64,000 nt of DNA, from positions 32,001 to 96,000 of the IMG/VR virus record IMGVR_UViG_3300007511_000003, one strand, 5' to 3'. This document shows, in pieces, positions 48,709-57,944 of this stretch. The translations under genes and the position numbers were made by a program. The notes beneath the pieces were generated by a model, which saw nothing but the letters and a program-made list of their open reading frames with translations, was not told where the DNA came from and did no database searches. This DNA comes from a virus. Position 1 is the stretch's first letter; every line of letters begins with the position of its first letter.

Positions 48709-48962
48709 TGTTGTGGCCGGAAGTAAGGTCCCTTTGGATCATGCTTGACGAAGAAACGGTGGGCTCTGCAGATCATAACCTTGGCCCGCTTCTTGCCTTT
48801 TTTCTTCTGGCTGAGGCAGTACATAGGAGCCTCAGACTCAGTGAGGTTGTCAGAAGCAGTAGTCTGGATCTGCGGTTCAAGTTTGGTGCCGACGGCAAGC
48901 ATACAGCTTGCAAAGTGAGCACAGGTATCTCGTTCACAAATGTGGTTATAATGGTTGGTCAT
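48705..48962 (-). CDS. Small Cys-rich hypothetical protein
   Basis: 85 aa, coupled. Confidence 0.5.
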   Translation of the reverse strand: MTNHYNHICERDTCAHFASCMLAVGTKLEPQIQTTASDNLTESEAPMYCLSQKKKGKKRAKVMICRAHRFFVKHDPKGPYFRPQQ

Positions 48963-48981
48963 CTGTTAATCCTTTTGATGG

Positions 48982-49545
48982 TTACCATAAAAGTGTGATG
49001 CCCCTGATTTCGCTGAGTACCAAACTCAGGCTTATGTTCTCTGATTCGATGTGGCTTTCCCACCAACAGTACTTACAGGGGCAATCCTTGACATGATGGC
49101 GCCCGGTTTGCATCAAGTGGGTGGTTTTTTCATGACGGATCCATTGCAGGATCCTCTTCTTGGTCTGCTTCTCCGTCAACTCTGGACCGTCGTCAGTATA
49201 TCGCGAGTACAGAACCGGATAGAATTGGTACTCTGGATGTTCGCAATATTGTTCCTGGTGTACGATGGTACAAACACCATCGCCACAAAACTTGGTAACA
49301 GCTCTAGCAAGGTTGGCGGTATAGAGGGATTTACCTTCCTCCTCCATGTTTGGAAACACGGTGTTAAACAGGATCTTGCCCAGGCTTTTGGATTTACCGG
49401 TTTCCCTTACATGTAGAAGGACAGGCAGGATAAACATACCATCTGGGTCACAAGGACCTTCCGCTGTAAGAGAAAACCAATTACCTTTACCTAGCATGAA
49501 AGCTTGCTTGGTGTCGGTATTCAAAAGTACAAATTCAACGCCCAT
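48982..49545 (-). CDS. Hypothetical protein
   Basis: GAGGTG RBS, 187 aa. Confidence 0.6.
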   Translation of the reverse strand: MGVEFVLLNTDTKQAFMLGKGNWFSLTAEGPCDPDGMFILPVLLHVRETGKSKSLGKILFNTVFPNMEEEGKSLYTANLARAVTKFCGDGVCTIVHQEQYCEHPEYQFYPVLYSRYTDDGPELTEKQTKKRILQWIRHEKTTHLMQTGRHHVKDCPCKYCWWESHIESENISLSLVLSEIRGITLLW

Positions 49546-49597
49546 AACATCACCTCACATTGGATGGTCGTTATACCGATCCATCAGGACCCAGGCA

Positions 49598-50350
49598 TCA
49601 CCGACCATTATAAAAGCCGCTACGAGCATGAACGTCCCAAACACGAGCATGCAGAGTGGGATTGCCAACAAAAGTTCCTGAAAAGAAGTCGTATGTCGTA
49701 TCACTCTCATTTTCAACACCCCTACATTTCATACACAGATGGACACCGGAGGTTACGGCCATCACACCATCCACTTTAATAGCCTTGCGGTGGTCCACAG
49801 GAAGCCCTACCTGCCCTCCGATAACCTGGTCTTGCATAACCGTAACAAGATCCTTGCAATACTGTTCCTGTATCACAGGACGCCGTGCCAACAGCTCTGC
49901 GATGCGGGTAAGTTTGGACAAGCCAATAACCCGAGCACCATCCCCTGACAAGTAGGCATAGGTGACCTTGTATAGGACGGGAAGGAAGTGGTGGGGGCAT
50001 AGGCCGTGAGCTGGAATCGGTGACTGGATAGTCAACCCACCCATAGCGTAAGGCCCTTTAACAGGGCGTGTTTCTGTTAAACCACCCATTGGTGGGCCTG
50101 TAACCACTTCCTTGGGAATACCAGAAACCGGGAACGTCCTGATCAAAAGACCAGACACCTCCCCAAGGATACGTTCGACGGGTAACGCCATCTCAGACAT
50201 CAAAGCCTTGGACGCCCGCTCCCCACTTCCTTCGAGATTGGATCGGTCATCCTCAGTAAAGCAGCAATGCTGTCGGAAGTACTCAGCAATAACGTTGTAG
50301 GCTTCGACAACCTTTTTCTGGTCGGCGTTAGGGGTAAATTCAATAGGCAT
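49598..50350 (-). CDS. folE: GTP cyclohydrolase I
   Basis: CPHHFLP, IGLSKL.R, RP.IQE, HLCMKCRGV. Confidence 0.92.
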   Translation of the reverse strand: MPIEFTPNADQKKVVEAYNVIAEYFRQHCCFTEDDRSNLEGSGERASKALMSEMALPVERILGEVSGLLIRTFPVSGIPKEVVTGPPMGGLTETRPVKGPYAMGGLTIQSPIPAHGLCPHHFLPVLYKVTYAYLSGDGARVIGLSKLTRIAELLARRPVIQEQYCKDLVTVMQDQVIGGQVGLPVDHRKAIKVDGVMAVTSGVHLCMKCRGVENESDTTYDFFSGTFVGNPTLHARVWDVHARSGFYNGR

Positions 50351-50358
50351 TTCGGCTC

Positions 50359-50790
50359 CTAATCAAGAAAACGTGTTACAGTGGATGGGACCTCGGCAGC
50401 GGTCACAAGTACGGCAGAGTCTCCAAAAGTGAAGATGCGCACCATAGGCAAGCGGCACCGCAACTCCGCTTGCTGGTGTTTCATTAATCTAGCTGGTGTT
50501 TGTTGGTAAAACTGTTCACGGTACGCCAAAAGATATGAGGCTTCCATGCGGTACTTAGGGCCCACCCTCAAAACGTATCCCACATGGTGACCGACATCCA
50601 CCATTAAACGCAGGTCATACACATGTAGTATTCCAATCCGTAGGTCTTTGTTCCTCACTGCTACCAACGTATTGGACATATGTACCTTCTTGGTCAGGAA
50701 CGTGAAGTGTTTGGGCATACCCGGTATCGGGTTAAATGTATGAAGCAAGAAGTGCGTCAGGTCGCTCGCATGAAGTTCCAGATGACCCAT
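50359..50790 (-). CDS. Hypothetical protein
   Basis: 143 aa in the operon. Confidence 0.55.
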   Translation of the reverse strand: MGHLELHASDLTHFLLHTFNPIPGMPKHFTFLTKKVHMSNTLVAVRNKDLRIGILHVYDLRLMVDVGHHVGYVLRVGPKYRMEASYLLAYREQFYQQTPARLMKHQQAELRCRLPMVRIFTFGDSAVLVTAAEVPSTVTRFLD

Positions 50791-50791
50791 A

Positions 50792-51970
50792 TCACTTGGA
50801 AACCGCGGGTAACAGGTAACAAGCGTATAACGTGTGCCCTTCCCCTGTCGGTACCTCAGTAGACAACACCCAAGGGATGGTGTTCCCTGTTGAGTCTTCC
50901 TTGAGATGGAAATTAATCTCTATCAGCTGGTTCGGGACCAACGACAGCATGTCACGTAGAGTATAAGGATCCAATGCAAACACCATCCCCTTGTCACCAG
51001 TCTGGGCCTTTACCTGGCGTTTGTCCTGTGCTTTACCATAATTCGTTTCGATGGCAAAGGTAACGTGGCCCTTGGCCTCAAACTTAACGGTCACAGGCAC
51101 ACCGCGCTCAAAGATGGCATCAAAATTACCGATGATTGTTTGGAAATCGGAGGAGTTGATCTCCAATGACGCAAAGGGCGTGCCCTCCAATTGTTTGGAT
51201 ATGTGCTGAATGTTGGCAAAGGCAAAGGCAGCCTCAGTGGACAAGGCCTCTGTGGAGAACTGAAAGGTTTTACCTGAGGCGTAGACATGGGCAACCCCCA
51301 GCCTCAGCATGTACTTGGTACCTTGTGCAAGGGCTTCAATAGTATTCATGGTTTGCTGGGCAAGGGTAAACTCCAGCTTGTCCTCCACCGTGGCATCATG
51401 GTTGCTGTGGAAGGCAATGTGATAAGCATCACCACAAGCAACGAACGTCCCGGCGGCTCCCATGTGAGCAGACACTGACAAAACAGTGTCGTCCTTTGCA
51501 TGTTGAGGTGTCAAGGACACCGCTTTTAAAACCCGTTCCATCGAGGACTCTTCCGACTGGTCGTCGTTCATGTAGAAAAACGGACCTTCAGTAGGCACCT
51601 CGAAAGATAACTTCTCGAAAGGCAGTACCACGACGTACCCAGTGTACCGAGAGGACTTGGATTGTGGGGCCCTGAAAAATAACTTTTCTGCTGAGTTGGC
51701 CGGGTCATGCTTGAGTAGCAGTTGCTTGCGCCCCTTCAACAACTTTTGGAGGATCTCAATGCGAACGATGAATCTTCCCCTACTATACTCCTCAATCTTG
51801 GCATCCGGAAGGTAACAAGCAAGGACCGTTCCCTCCCCGGAACCACCAAAACACAACTTCATTTTGTCCTTACGCTTTTCGATAAACACCCGCACGTCTT
51901 CGGTCTTGGCGTAGTCCACTATCTGTTTGAGGACCGCCAGCACCTCTTTACAATCGATTTGTACCCTCAT
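50792..51970 (-). CDS. Probable DNA sliding clamp (DnaN-like)
   Basis: 392 aa, repeated beta-alpha pattern, ACGDAYHIA resembling ATDGHRLA; lies in the pol operon. Confidence 0.6.
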   Translation of the reverse strand: MRVQIDCKEVLAVLKQIVDYAKTEDVRVFIEKRKDKMKLCFGGSGEGTVLACYLPDAKIEEYSRGRFIVRIEILQKLLKGRKQLLLKHDPANSAEKLFFRAPQSKSSRYTGYVVVLPFEKLSFEVPTEGPFFYMNDDQSEESSMERVLKAVSLTPQHAKDDTVLSVSAHMGAAGTFVACGDAYHIAFHSNHDATVEDKLEFTLAQQTMNTIEALAQGTKYMLRLGVAHVYASGKTFQFSTEALSTEAAFAFANIQHISKQLEGTPFASLEINSSDFQTIIGNFDAIFERGVPVTVKFEAKGHVTFAIETNYGKAQDKRQVKAQTGDKGMVFALDPYTLRDMLSLVPNQLIEINFHLKEDSTGNTIPWVLSTEVPTGEGHTLYACYLLPAVSK

Positions 51971-52692
51971 CCGTTTACTCCTCTGTTATGTCGTGCTGTC
52001 CTCTGTAGGTACCGTTGTAGGGCCCCAACAGCAGGAAAAGTTTGCCCACCATTAGCCGCCATCCATCCATTGAATTTGGTCTCCAAGAATAACGTTTGAA
52101 GAACCAAAGACTGGTTCCTCAGCGTTATCAAAGGGACTTCCATCACCCTGTTTTGCTCCCTGGCTCCCGCTTTATTTACAAAATTGGGATCATAAGGACT
52201 CCAATAAAGTATATGCACACCCTTATACCACACCAGGTATAAACAAAGTGGTTTGTCTCCTGAAGACAGGATAAAATTAGACCGAGGGCCTAGGTAAAAA
52301 GCCGACAACAAACGACTTTGGGCAGGGAACCTGCTTATCAACGCTGCCACCGCGTCAGTGTAAGGAACACTGGTAGTATCCAGTTGGGCGAAACCCTCCA
52401 AGAATTCTGACAGGTGCTCGGTATTCCTGGTAAAAACGGAGTGGGCGGCGAGTATGTAACCACCTCTCTGTGGTATGTGTAAGTCCTGTGACCCTGAAGA
52501 GATGCAAAAGTCCACGGGTGAAGGGCCCGGTAATTCCCTGAGACCTTCCTTGTTTTTAACCGACCCGCCTACCATCGGTCGGCTAGGAGGGCCCTGAAGG
52601 TCAGTAAAGAATAATCGGTGGATCTCCAGTTTCCGGTCTTCCGTTACAACGTAGTCTTTTACCGGAAGGATCCAGTAACCAAGAGTTCTCAT
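51967..52692 (-). CDS. Hypothetical protein coupled to queE
   Basis: 241 aa; TAATG coupling with queE. Confidence 0.6.
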   Translation of the reverse strand: MRTLGYWILPVKDYVVTEDRKLEIHRLFFTDLQGPPSRPMVGGSVKNKEGLRELPGPSPVDFCISSGSQDLHIPQRGGYILAAHSVFTRNTEHLSEFLEGFAQLDTTSVPYTDAVAALISRFPAQSRLLSAFYLGPRSNFILSSGDKPLCLYLVWYKGVHILYWSPYDPNFVNKAGAREQNRVMEVPLITLRNQSLVLQTLFLETKFNGWMAANGGQTFPAVGALQRYLQRTARHNRGVNG

Positions 52693-53465
52693 TAGTAGTA
52701 CCCTAACAGTTTATGTTGTTGAGCAACCACCCGGATGTTATATCCTTGGTTCCAGTTCAGGATCATCTGGGTGATGCGTTGGAGTTCCTTAGTAGGAACA
52801 GGGCCCTTGGTGTTGTCAGCACAGGGCGTAAGGATGATTGGGTGTGACATAAAAGCGTGGTCTTGTAACAACCCACTGAAATGTTGTAATAACCAATCCA
52901 GGTCTTCTTGGTCTCGTACCACTGCCTTGGCATATACCTGGGGCATCTTCTCGATAACTTGGTAAAGGGCTGCCAGCACGTCGGCCCCCAATTCGACACC
53001 TGTATTTGGCGTCTTGATATCCAACGACACCTGATCAAAACAGTTAAAGGCTTGGCTGTCAATGATAGTACCGCTAGTCTCCAGGTTTGTTCGCAACCCT
53101 CGCCGTCGAAGTAAAGTCGAAAGGCGGGTTACTTGGGGGCGGTAGTGGAGAGGTTCGCCCCCTGTAATGGAAACCTCCACCACTTTACCTTTGACTATCT
53201 TTACCAATCGGTCCGCAAGCGAGGAGACCTCAGCCAAGGGGTGTTCTCCTACTGCCCAACTATCCTTGGTATCACAAGTAGTGCAGCCTACAGCACATCC
53301 GGATACACGGATAAATAGCCTGGGTACCCCTATGTTTATACCCTCCCCCTCCAAAGTCTCCTGGATTTCCATCACAGGGAGAACATCGTCGGGCACCTCA
53401 TGGATTCCCAGTTTCAAGAGGTTACACTTAAACTTGGGTACCACCACATTGATCGGCTTAATCAT
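52692..53465 (-). CDS. queE: 7-carboxy-7-deazaguanine synthase QueE (radical SAM)
   Basis: TLEGEG..IG.P..FIR.SGCAVGCTTCDT, ITGGEP, LETSG, QQHK. Confidence 0.9.
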   Translation of the reverse strand: MIKPINVVVPKFKCNLLKLGIHEVPDDVLPVMEIQETLEGEGINIGVPRLFIRVSGCAVGCTTCDTKDSWAVGEHPLAEVSSLADRLVKIVKGKVVEVSITGGEPLHYRPQVTRLSTLLRRRGLRTNLETSGTIIDSQAFNCFDQVSLDIKTPNTGVELGADVLAALYQVIEKMPQVYAKAVVRDQEDLDWLLQHFSGLLQDHAFMSHPIILTPCADNTKGPVPTKELQRITQMILNWNQGYNIRVVAQQHKLLGYY

Positions 53466-55534
53466 CCTTCGACTCCTTCATAAAATTCAGTGTTCAGCGG
53501 GAAGTGTTCGTCCAACCAAGGTTGTATCCGTTTGCCTTCCGCACGAATCATTGCCATTGTCTCTTCTACATTTACATTGTAGCCAATTTCATCGCGTTGA
53601 CGTTCTAACGCCGACCGGATGTTGTGCAGGAGGTTTTTCTTGGTGTAATCCCACTTTTGCATGGCGTCCCCGGAAGCCCCTATGTCAAAGTCTACCGCTA
53701 GCCCTACGTTAAACTGGAAATGAAACGTCTCTGCCACTTTCTGCTCAACGCCGACTGTAGTACACCACTCCAGCAATCGGAGGACCAAAGGAATATACCG
53801 ATAGTTCACCTCCACTTCAACGCTGTCATGGACCATCATGGACGGGTAAAGGTTCGTTGGAACCCCTATCGACTGGAGTTCTTCCCCGTCAGGATCCAGC
53901 CCATATAAGTCCTGTAAGCTTTCCCACAGTTTTTCACTGTACAGGCGTGCAGCAAGGAATCCCAACTGGCTGGCGAATCCCTGAATAGGGCTGTTGGCCG
54001 CCCGTCGTTTCATGGCGGACACCAGACCAGGAACCTCTGTCATGTAAGCAAACAGGTTTCGCTTGAACCCCAGAGGGTTGTAGGTGTACAAACGGTCGGC
54101 ACTAAAATCGCATGTCCACTGGATCCAGTTGCCTGCCTTGAAAAACTTGGCAAAGAAACCGCCCTTCACCTTTTTCATCTCAGCTTCTGACTTTCCAGTG
54201 TCCCGAGCCAAAGACCTATCCGACTTACCATACATGGTCCCAAAGGTAATCACCTTTGAATCCTGCCGTTGTTCCTTTGTCACCTTCTCTACAGGTGTGC
54301 CAGTAAAGAACTGGTAGTTAAGTTTGTGGGGGTCGCCCTTCTCTTTTAAGTCGTCTCTGTGCCGAGCGGTCGGTTGCTGGCGGAACCGCAGACGGAGGTT
54401 GTGCACAACCTTAAACATCATGGCCAGCACGGCATCCTTGCTGATGATACCCCAACAACGCACCTCATGAGCGGCATAATCAAGCTTAATAACCAAACAA
54501 CCCACACGGGCAGTGAATGAACGTTTGATAAACTTGGCATCAGGACCGTGTTGGGGTGTTTGTTGGAGGCTTGGTTCTGAGCTATTACTGCGCCCTGTCA
54601 CAACATCCTTAAATCCATACTGCGGACGTAACCTGTGGTCCACCTTCCCGTCACGGGATTTACCAATCTTCTTGTAGAAGGCGTTGACATAGGATGTGAG
54701 CAACTTCTTGAGCTTGGACAAGGTGGTGAAGTCAGCCACCTCTGGATGTTCTTTGTACTTTTTCTGGAATGCGGCGTCTATTGAAGCGGCATCATCCTTA
54801 CCTGTTGACAGAGGTTCCAGCCCCATCACCTGGATAAACAACATCTGTTTGTGGGCGGCTTTATTGGGATCAAATACCCAAGCCTGGGTGTTACCAAATA
54901 TACCACCGCCTGGGGGAACCCCTTGTACTTCACACAACAATCGGTTGGCGGTCTGGACATGTTCTGACTCTCTCATCTGAGCCGCGAGTTCCTTCCGTTT
55001 GGCCAGCACTGGGGACCGTCGGCGGTCGCGGAGCAACAACAGGTATTCGATATCCAGATGGGCTCCTGTTTGTTCCATGCCACTCATCACATGGACAGTA
55101 TCCGACATCTGAGTAAGCAATAAGCGCCTATAAAACCTTCTGTAGTTGTGTTTACCTACCCGTTGGAGGGCCGCCCTTTCTTGCTGGAGTTCATGGACAC
55201 GGAAGCAAGCTTGAGTATCCATTGCACAATAGTCTAATACCTCGTCAGACAGGTCTCTGTTGGCTATGTCTTGACGGTCATCTTTAGAAAACCTGGCGTC
55301 ATAGTAAAAGGCGTTCCCATAGTAGGCCAATATTTGTGCCAACCCATAAGCTGGTGTACCGTACAGCATCAACACCTTCATGTTCTCGTCAAGGCAATTG
55401 TGAACCAAAACTGGTTTATCACTAATTTCATTACAAATAAATAGGTTGTGATTATCCTGTACCGTAACATCACATACCATAGGTGGGGAGTCAACCACCT
55501 TTACCGACTTAACTCTTACAGTTCGGGTAACCAT
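53462..55534 (-). CDS. polA: DNA polymerase family A, C-terminal part, with N-terminal split-intein C-fragment
   Basis: IntC ending PVLVHN/C; YCAMD (exo III), TGRSNS..PSLQQ, DYAAHEVR, RQDSK.ITFG.MYG, NSPIQG, VHDS. Confidence 0.93.
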   Translation of the reverse strand: MVTRTVRVKSVKVVDSPPMVCDVTVQDNHNLFICNEISDKPVLVHNCLDENMKVLMLYGTPAYGLAQILAYYGNAFYYDARFSKDDRQDIANRDLSDEVLDYCAMDTQACFRVHELQQERAALQRVGKHNYRRFYRRLLLTQMSDTVHVMSGMEQTGAHLDIEYLLLLRDRRRSPVLAKRKELAAQMRESEHVQTANRLLCEVQGVPPGGGIFGNTQAWVFDPNKAAHKQMLFIQVMGLEPLSTGKDDAASIDAAFQKKYKEHPEVADFTTLSKLKKLLTSYVNAFYKKIGKSRDGKVDHRLRPQYGFKDVVTGRSNSSEPSLQQTPQHGPDAKFIKRSFTARVGCLVIKLDYAAHEVRCWGIISKDAVLAMMFKVVHNLRLRFRQQPTARHRDDLKEKGDPHKLNYQFFTGTPVEKVTKEQRQDSKVITFGTMYGKSDRSLARDTGKSEAEMKKVKGGFFAKFFKAGNWIQWTCDFSADRLYTYNPLGFKRNLFAYMTEVPGLVSAMKRRAANSPIQGFASQLGFLAARLYSEKLWESLQDLYGLDPDGEELQSIGVPTNLYPSMMVHDSVEVEVNYRYIPLVLRLLEWCTTVGVEQKVAETFHFQFNVGLAVDFDIGASGDAMQKWDYTKKNLLHNIRSALERQRDEIGYNVNVEETMAMIRAEGKRIQPWLDEHFPLNTEFYEGVEG
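55397..55534 (-). mobile_element. Split intein C-fragment (46 aa)
   Basis: MVTRTVRVKSVKVV...VCDVTVQDNHNLFI...VLVHN followed by Cys+1. Confidence 0.9.
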
Positions 55535-56593
55535 ATGAAGACCTCAGAAATACGTATGTTAGTGGAGCGGCGAGTGTTTGACCAAAAAATAAAGTTAACT
55601 CAAAAATTTGTACGAGACATGTCACCAAAACTCTTAGGATATTGCCAAAAGGAAGCTCTGCGAATTTATGGAGGTAAATACCCACCCTGGTGGGCTATTC
55701 TCTATAAAGTTATTTACAAGGACCACTATCGGTGCCGGTGTGGGTCCGAAAAACTAGCTTGGCAGGGTTGGGAAGGCGGTCTGGCGGAATACTGTTCCTG
55801 TAAATGTGCAGGGGCCTCTCCGGATGTTTTGAAAAAGAGGGAACATACTTGCCAACAAAAGTACGGTACTAAACATGTACAATCGGTACCTAGTATACGT
55901 GCTAAATTTAAACAGTCTATGGTACGAAACCAAGGAGTAGAATACACAGCCCAAAGCCCACGCTTAAAAAAGAAGATGCGTAAAACACTCAAAAAGAACC
56001 ATGGAGTCGAAGAAACTTTCCATTCCATGGTTCTTTATGGTAAAGCAAAGGCCACCATGTTACAGAAATATGGTGCTGAGCATAACCAACAGGTCCCCCA
56101 CCTGTTTGAACAACAACAAAGGTCAGGTTTTAAAATACGTACCATAAAAGTTAATGGGAAACGGTTTAGGGTACGTGGAGGGGAAGGTCATGCTATAAAA
56201 TACCTTGTCCACGAACTTGGGTGTTCTATAGACGAAATTTACACGACGGCGGTACAAGGTAAGCCATCCATCCCTTGGTATGACAATAAAAACAAGTACC
56301 ACATATATCACCCTGACATCTATGCCAAAGTTAAAGGGCGATGGTTTATTATTGAAGTCAAAAGCACGTATACAGCGGGTATAACCACCAAGTCTGGGGC
56401 TGAGTTTTACCGGCTACGTATGAAGGCAAAGGGTGTGGAAGAGGCCGGTTACAATTTCAGGACACTCCTTGTCCATTATGGACGGTCCCTCCCTCTTGAC
56501 TACCGTCCACTTGTTATTAAAGACATACACCAAAAGACCAGAAAACAGGTTAGGTCTGAAGTAAAACTTCATCGTCAGAGGTTAGGTTCTTAG
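55535..56593 (+). mobile_element. Free-standing putative homing endonuclease (KYG-type repeats plus PD-(D/E)xK)
   Basis: YCSCKC, repeated T...KYG units, YHPDIY...IEVKSTYT; inverted between the two polA halves. Confidence 0.82.
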
Positions 56594-57944
56594 CTTTTAC
56601 ATAGGAACCTCGGGTAACCGACCAAACCTCATGGTCTTCAGTAACGCGAATGGATCCCCCTTCATAGGATATTTCCACCATTCGTTGGTCTGTTGGGTGG
56701 GTAGAAGTAGCTAAAAGTGGTTTATATTCTTCCTGTTGTGTTTTATGGTTATATGATAAAACCTGAGGAGGATTCCCCATAACCACCAAGTCTTTCATTT
56801 GTACCATACCACGTTCCGTTACCACCCAAGACTCTGGGTGTATACAGAACTCACCGGCAATGGTGTCCCAAACAGGCCAATAAATGAATGGGAGATCGAA
56901 CTCCTGACGTATAATACGAAGGTCAAATTTGGCGTTGTGCATAACCAAATAACGAGGGGATTTAGGCTGCCATTCCACTCGTTGCCCAAAGTAGGCACGT
57001 AGTTCCTTAAATATTGTGCGGAACTCTGATCCTGAGAATGGGGTATCACGATGGTGTACAGGGAGGATAAAAGCCCTGTCGGGATTGTCTGAGAATTGGA
57101 GGGTCTGGAGTTGGTTATGATGAACGGACAGGTTCTTGGTCTCTGAGTCAACGGAAACCACGGGAGCCCGTTTAATGACCCTCATCATACGCTTAAACTT
57201 GCTCAACGTATCGATGAGGATTGGATTTGGCCGCACCTCGGAGGCCGTAAATGGGAGTCGGTCCAAAAACGCCGACATGAGAGTGCGTCCGATATATCCA
57301 AGAATATTGGCCTGGGTGATGGCTTCATCCATCTTTGTCTGACTCTCGGCATCGGAGTCATTGTCCATGTCGGTACCACGCAAAAAATAGGTGTGGTCGT
57401 ACCGTATGGTGTTGGTGACCAGGACAGGCTTCCCTCGCACTTTGATAGCATGGGGCCAACCCCTTTTATGTGAAATGTCATCCACCCGGGGTAACAGGGA
57501 TTCTGCCGCTTCATCCCCAAATACTATCACGTTCGTCGGATCCATCTTGCGAACAAACGCCTTTACTCGCTTAGAAGCAGCATCATTGGCGTGCTTACGT
57601 CGGGCACCTTTGAGGTGGTAGGTCTTGAAGAAATTGAAGTTGATGGTGGCATAAGCCACCGATTCCTCAATGGATTCTGGGTTGACAAGAGCACATTGTC
57701 GGCGGGCAAATTGTAGGAGGTTCGTGACAACGGTGGCGCCGGTTCCTCGATCCAATAACGCCTTTTCCTTGAGGTCTTTACCATCCACATGTTCTACCAC
57801 CAGAATAACACGGCGCCTGGCGGTCTTCCAGTTTTTCGTTATAGGGATAGCTACGTCAAATGCGGGGCATTCCTTTGGGCTCCAACCCTCTGGAAGATCG
57901 TTTTGGAAAGTCACATAACGCATCTGCCGGCGGTCTGTTATCAC
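56550..57944 (-). CDS. polA: DNA polymerase family A, N-terminal part (UDG-like plus 3'-5' exonuclease) ending in split-intein N-fragment
   Basis: VDSET (exo I), HNAKFD (exo II), WDT..GEF/CIHPES intein start, TEDH block B, then stop. Confidence 0.9.
   Translation of the reverse strand: MITDRRQMRYVTFQNDLPEGWSPKECPAFDVAIPITKNWKTARRRVILVVEHVDGKDLKEKALLDRGTGATVVTNLLQFARRQCALVNPESIEESVAYATINFNFFKTYHLKGARRKHANDAASKRVKAFVRKMDPTNVIVFGDEAAESLLPRVDDISHKRGWPHAIKVRGKPVLVTNTIRYDHTYFLRGTDMDNDSDAESQTKMDEAITQANILGYIGRTLMSAFLDRLPFTASEVRPNPILIDTLSKFKRMMRVIKRAPVVSVDSETKNLSVHHNQLQTLQFSDNPDRAFILPVHHRDTPFSGSEFRTIFKELRAYFGQRVEWQPKSPRYLVMHNAKFDLRIIRQEFDLPFIYWPVWDTIAGEFCIHPESWVVTERGMVQMKDLVVMGNPPQVLSYNHKTQQEEYKPLLATSTHPTDQRMVEISYEGGSIRVTEDHEVWSVTRGSYVKAKNLTSDDEVLLQT
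56553..56846 (-). mobile_element. Split intein N-fragment (98 aa)
   Basis: CIHPESWVVTERG...VLSYN...IRVTEDHEVW..RGSYVKAKNLTSDDEV. Confidence 0.9.

Noticed and set aside
55535-56552. Group I/II intron interrupting polA
   Set aside because: The flanks are intein halves with their own stop and ATG/RBS; there is no non-coding space for a ribozyme core, and the insert ORF is antisense
53462-57944. polA as a dead pseudogene
   Set aside because: All exonuclease and polymerase motifs and the intein catalytic residues (C1, TxxH, HN, C+1) are intact
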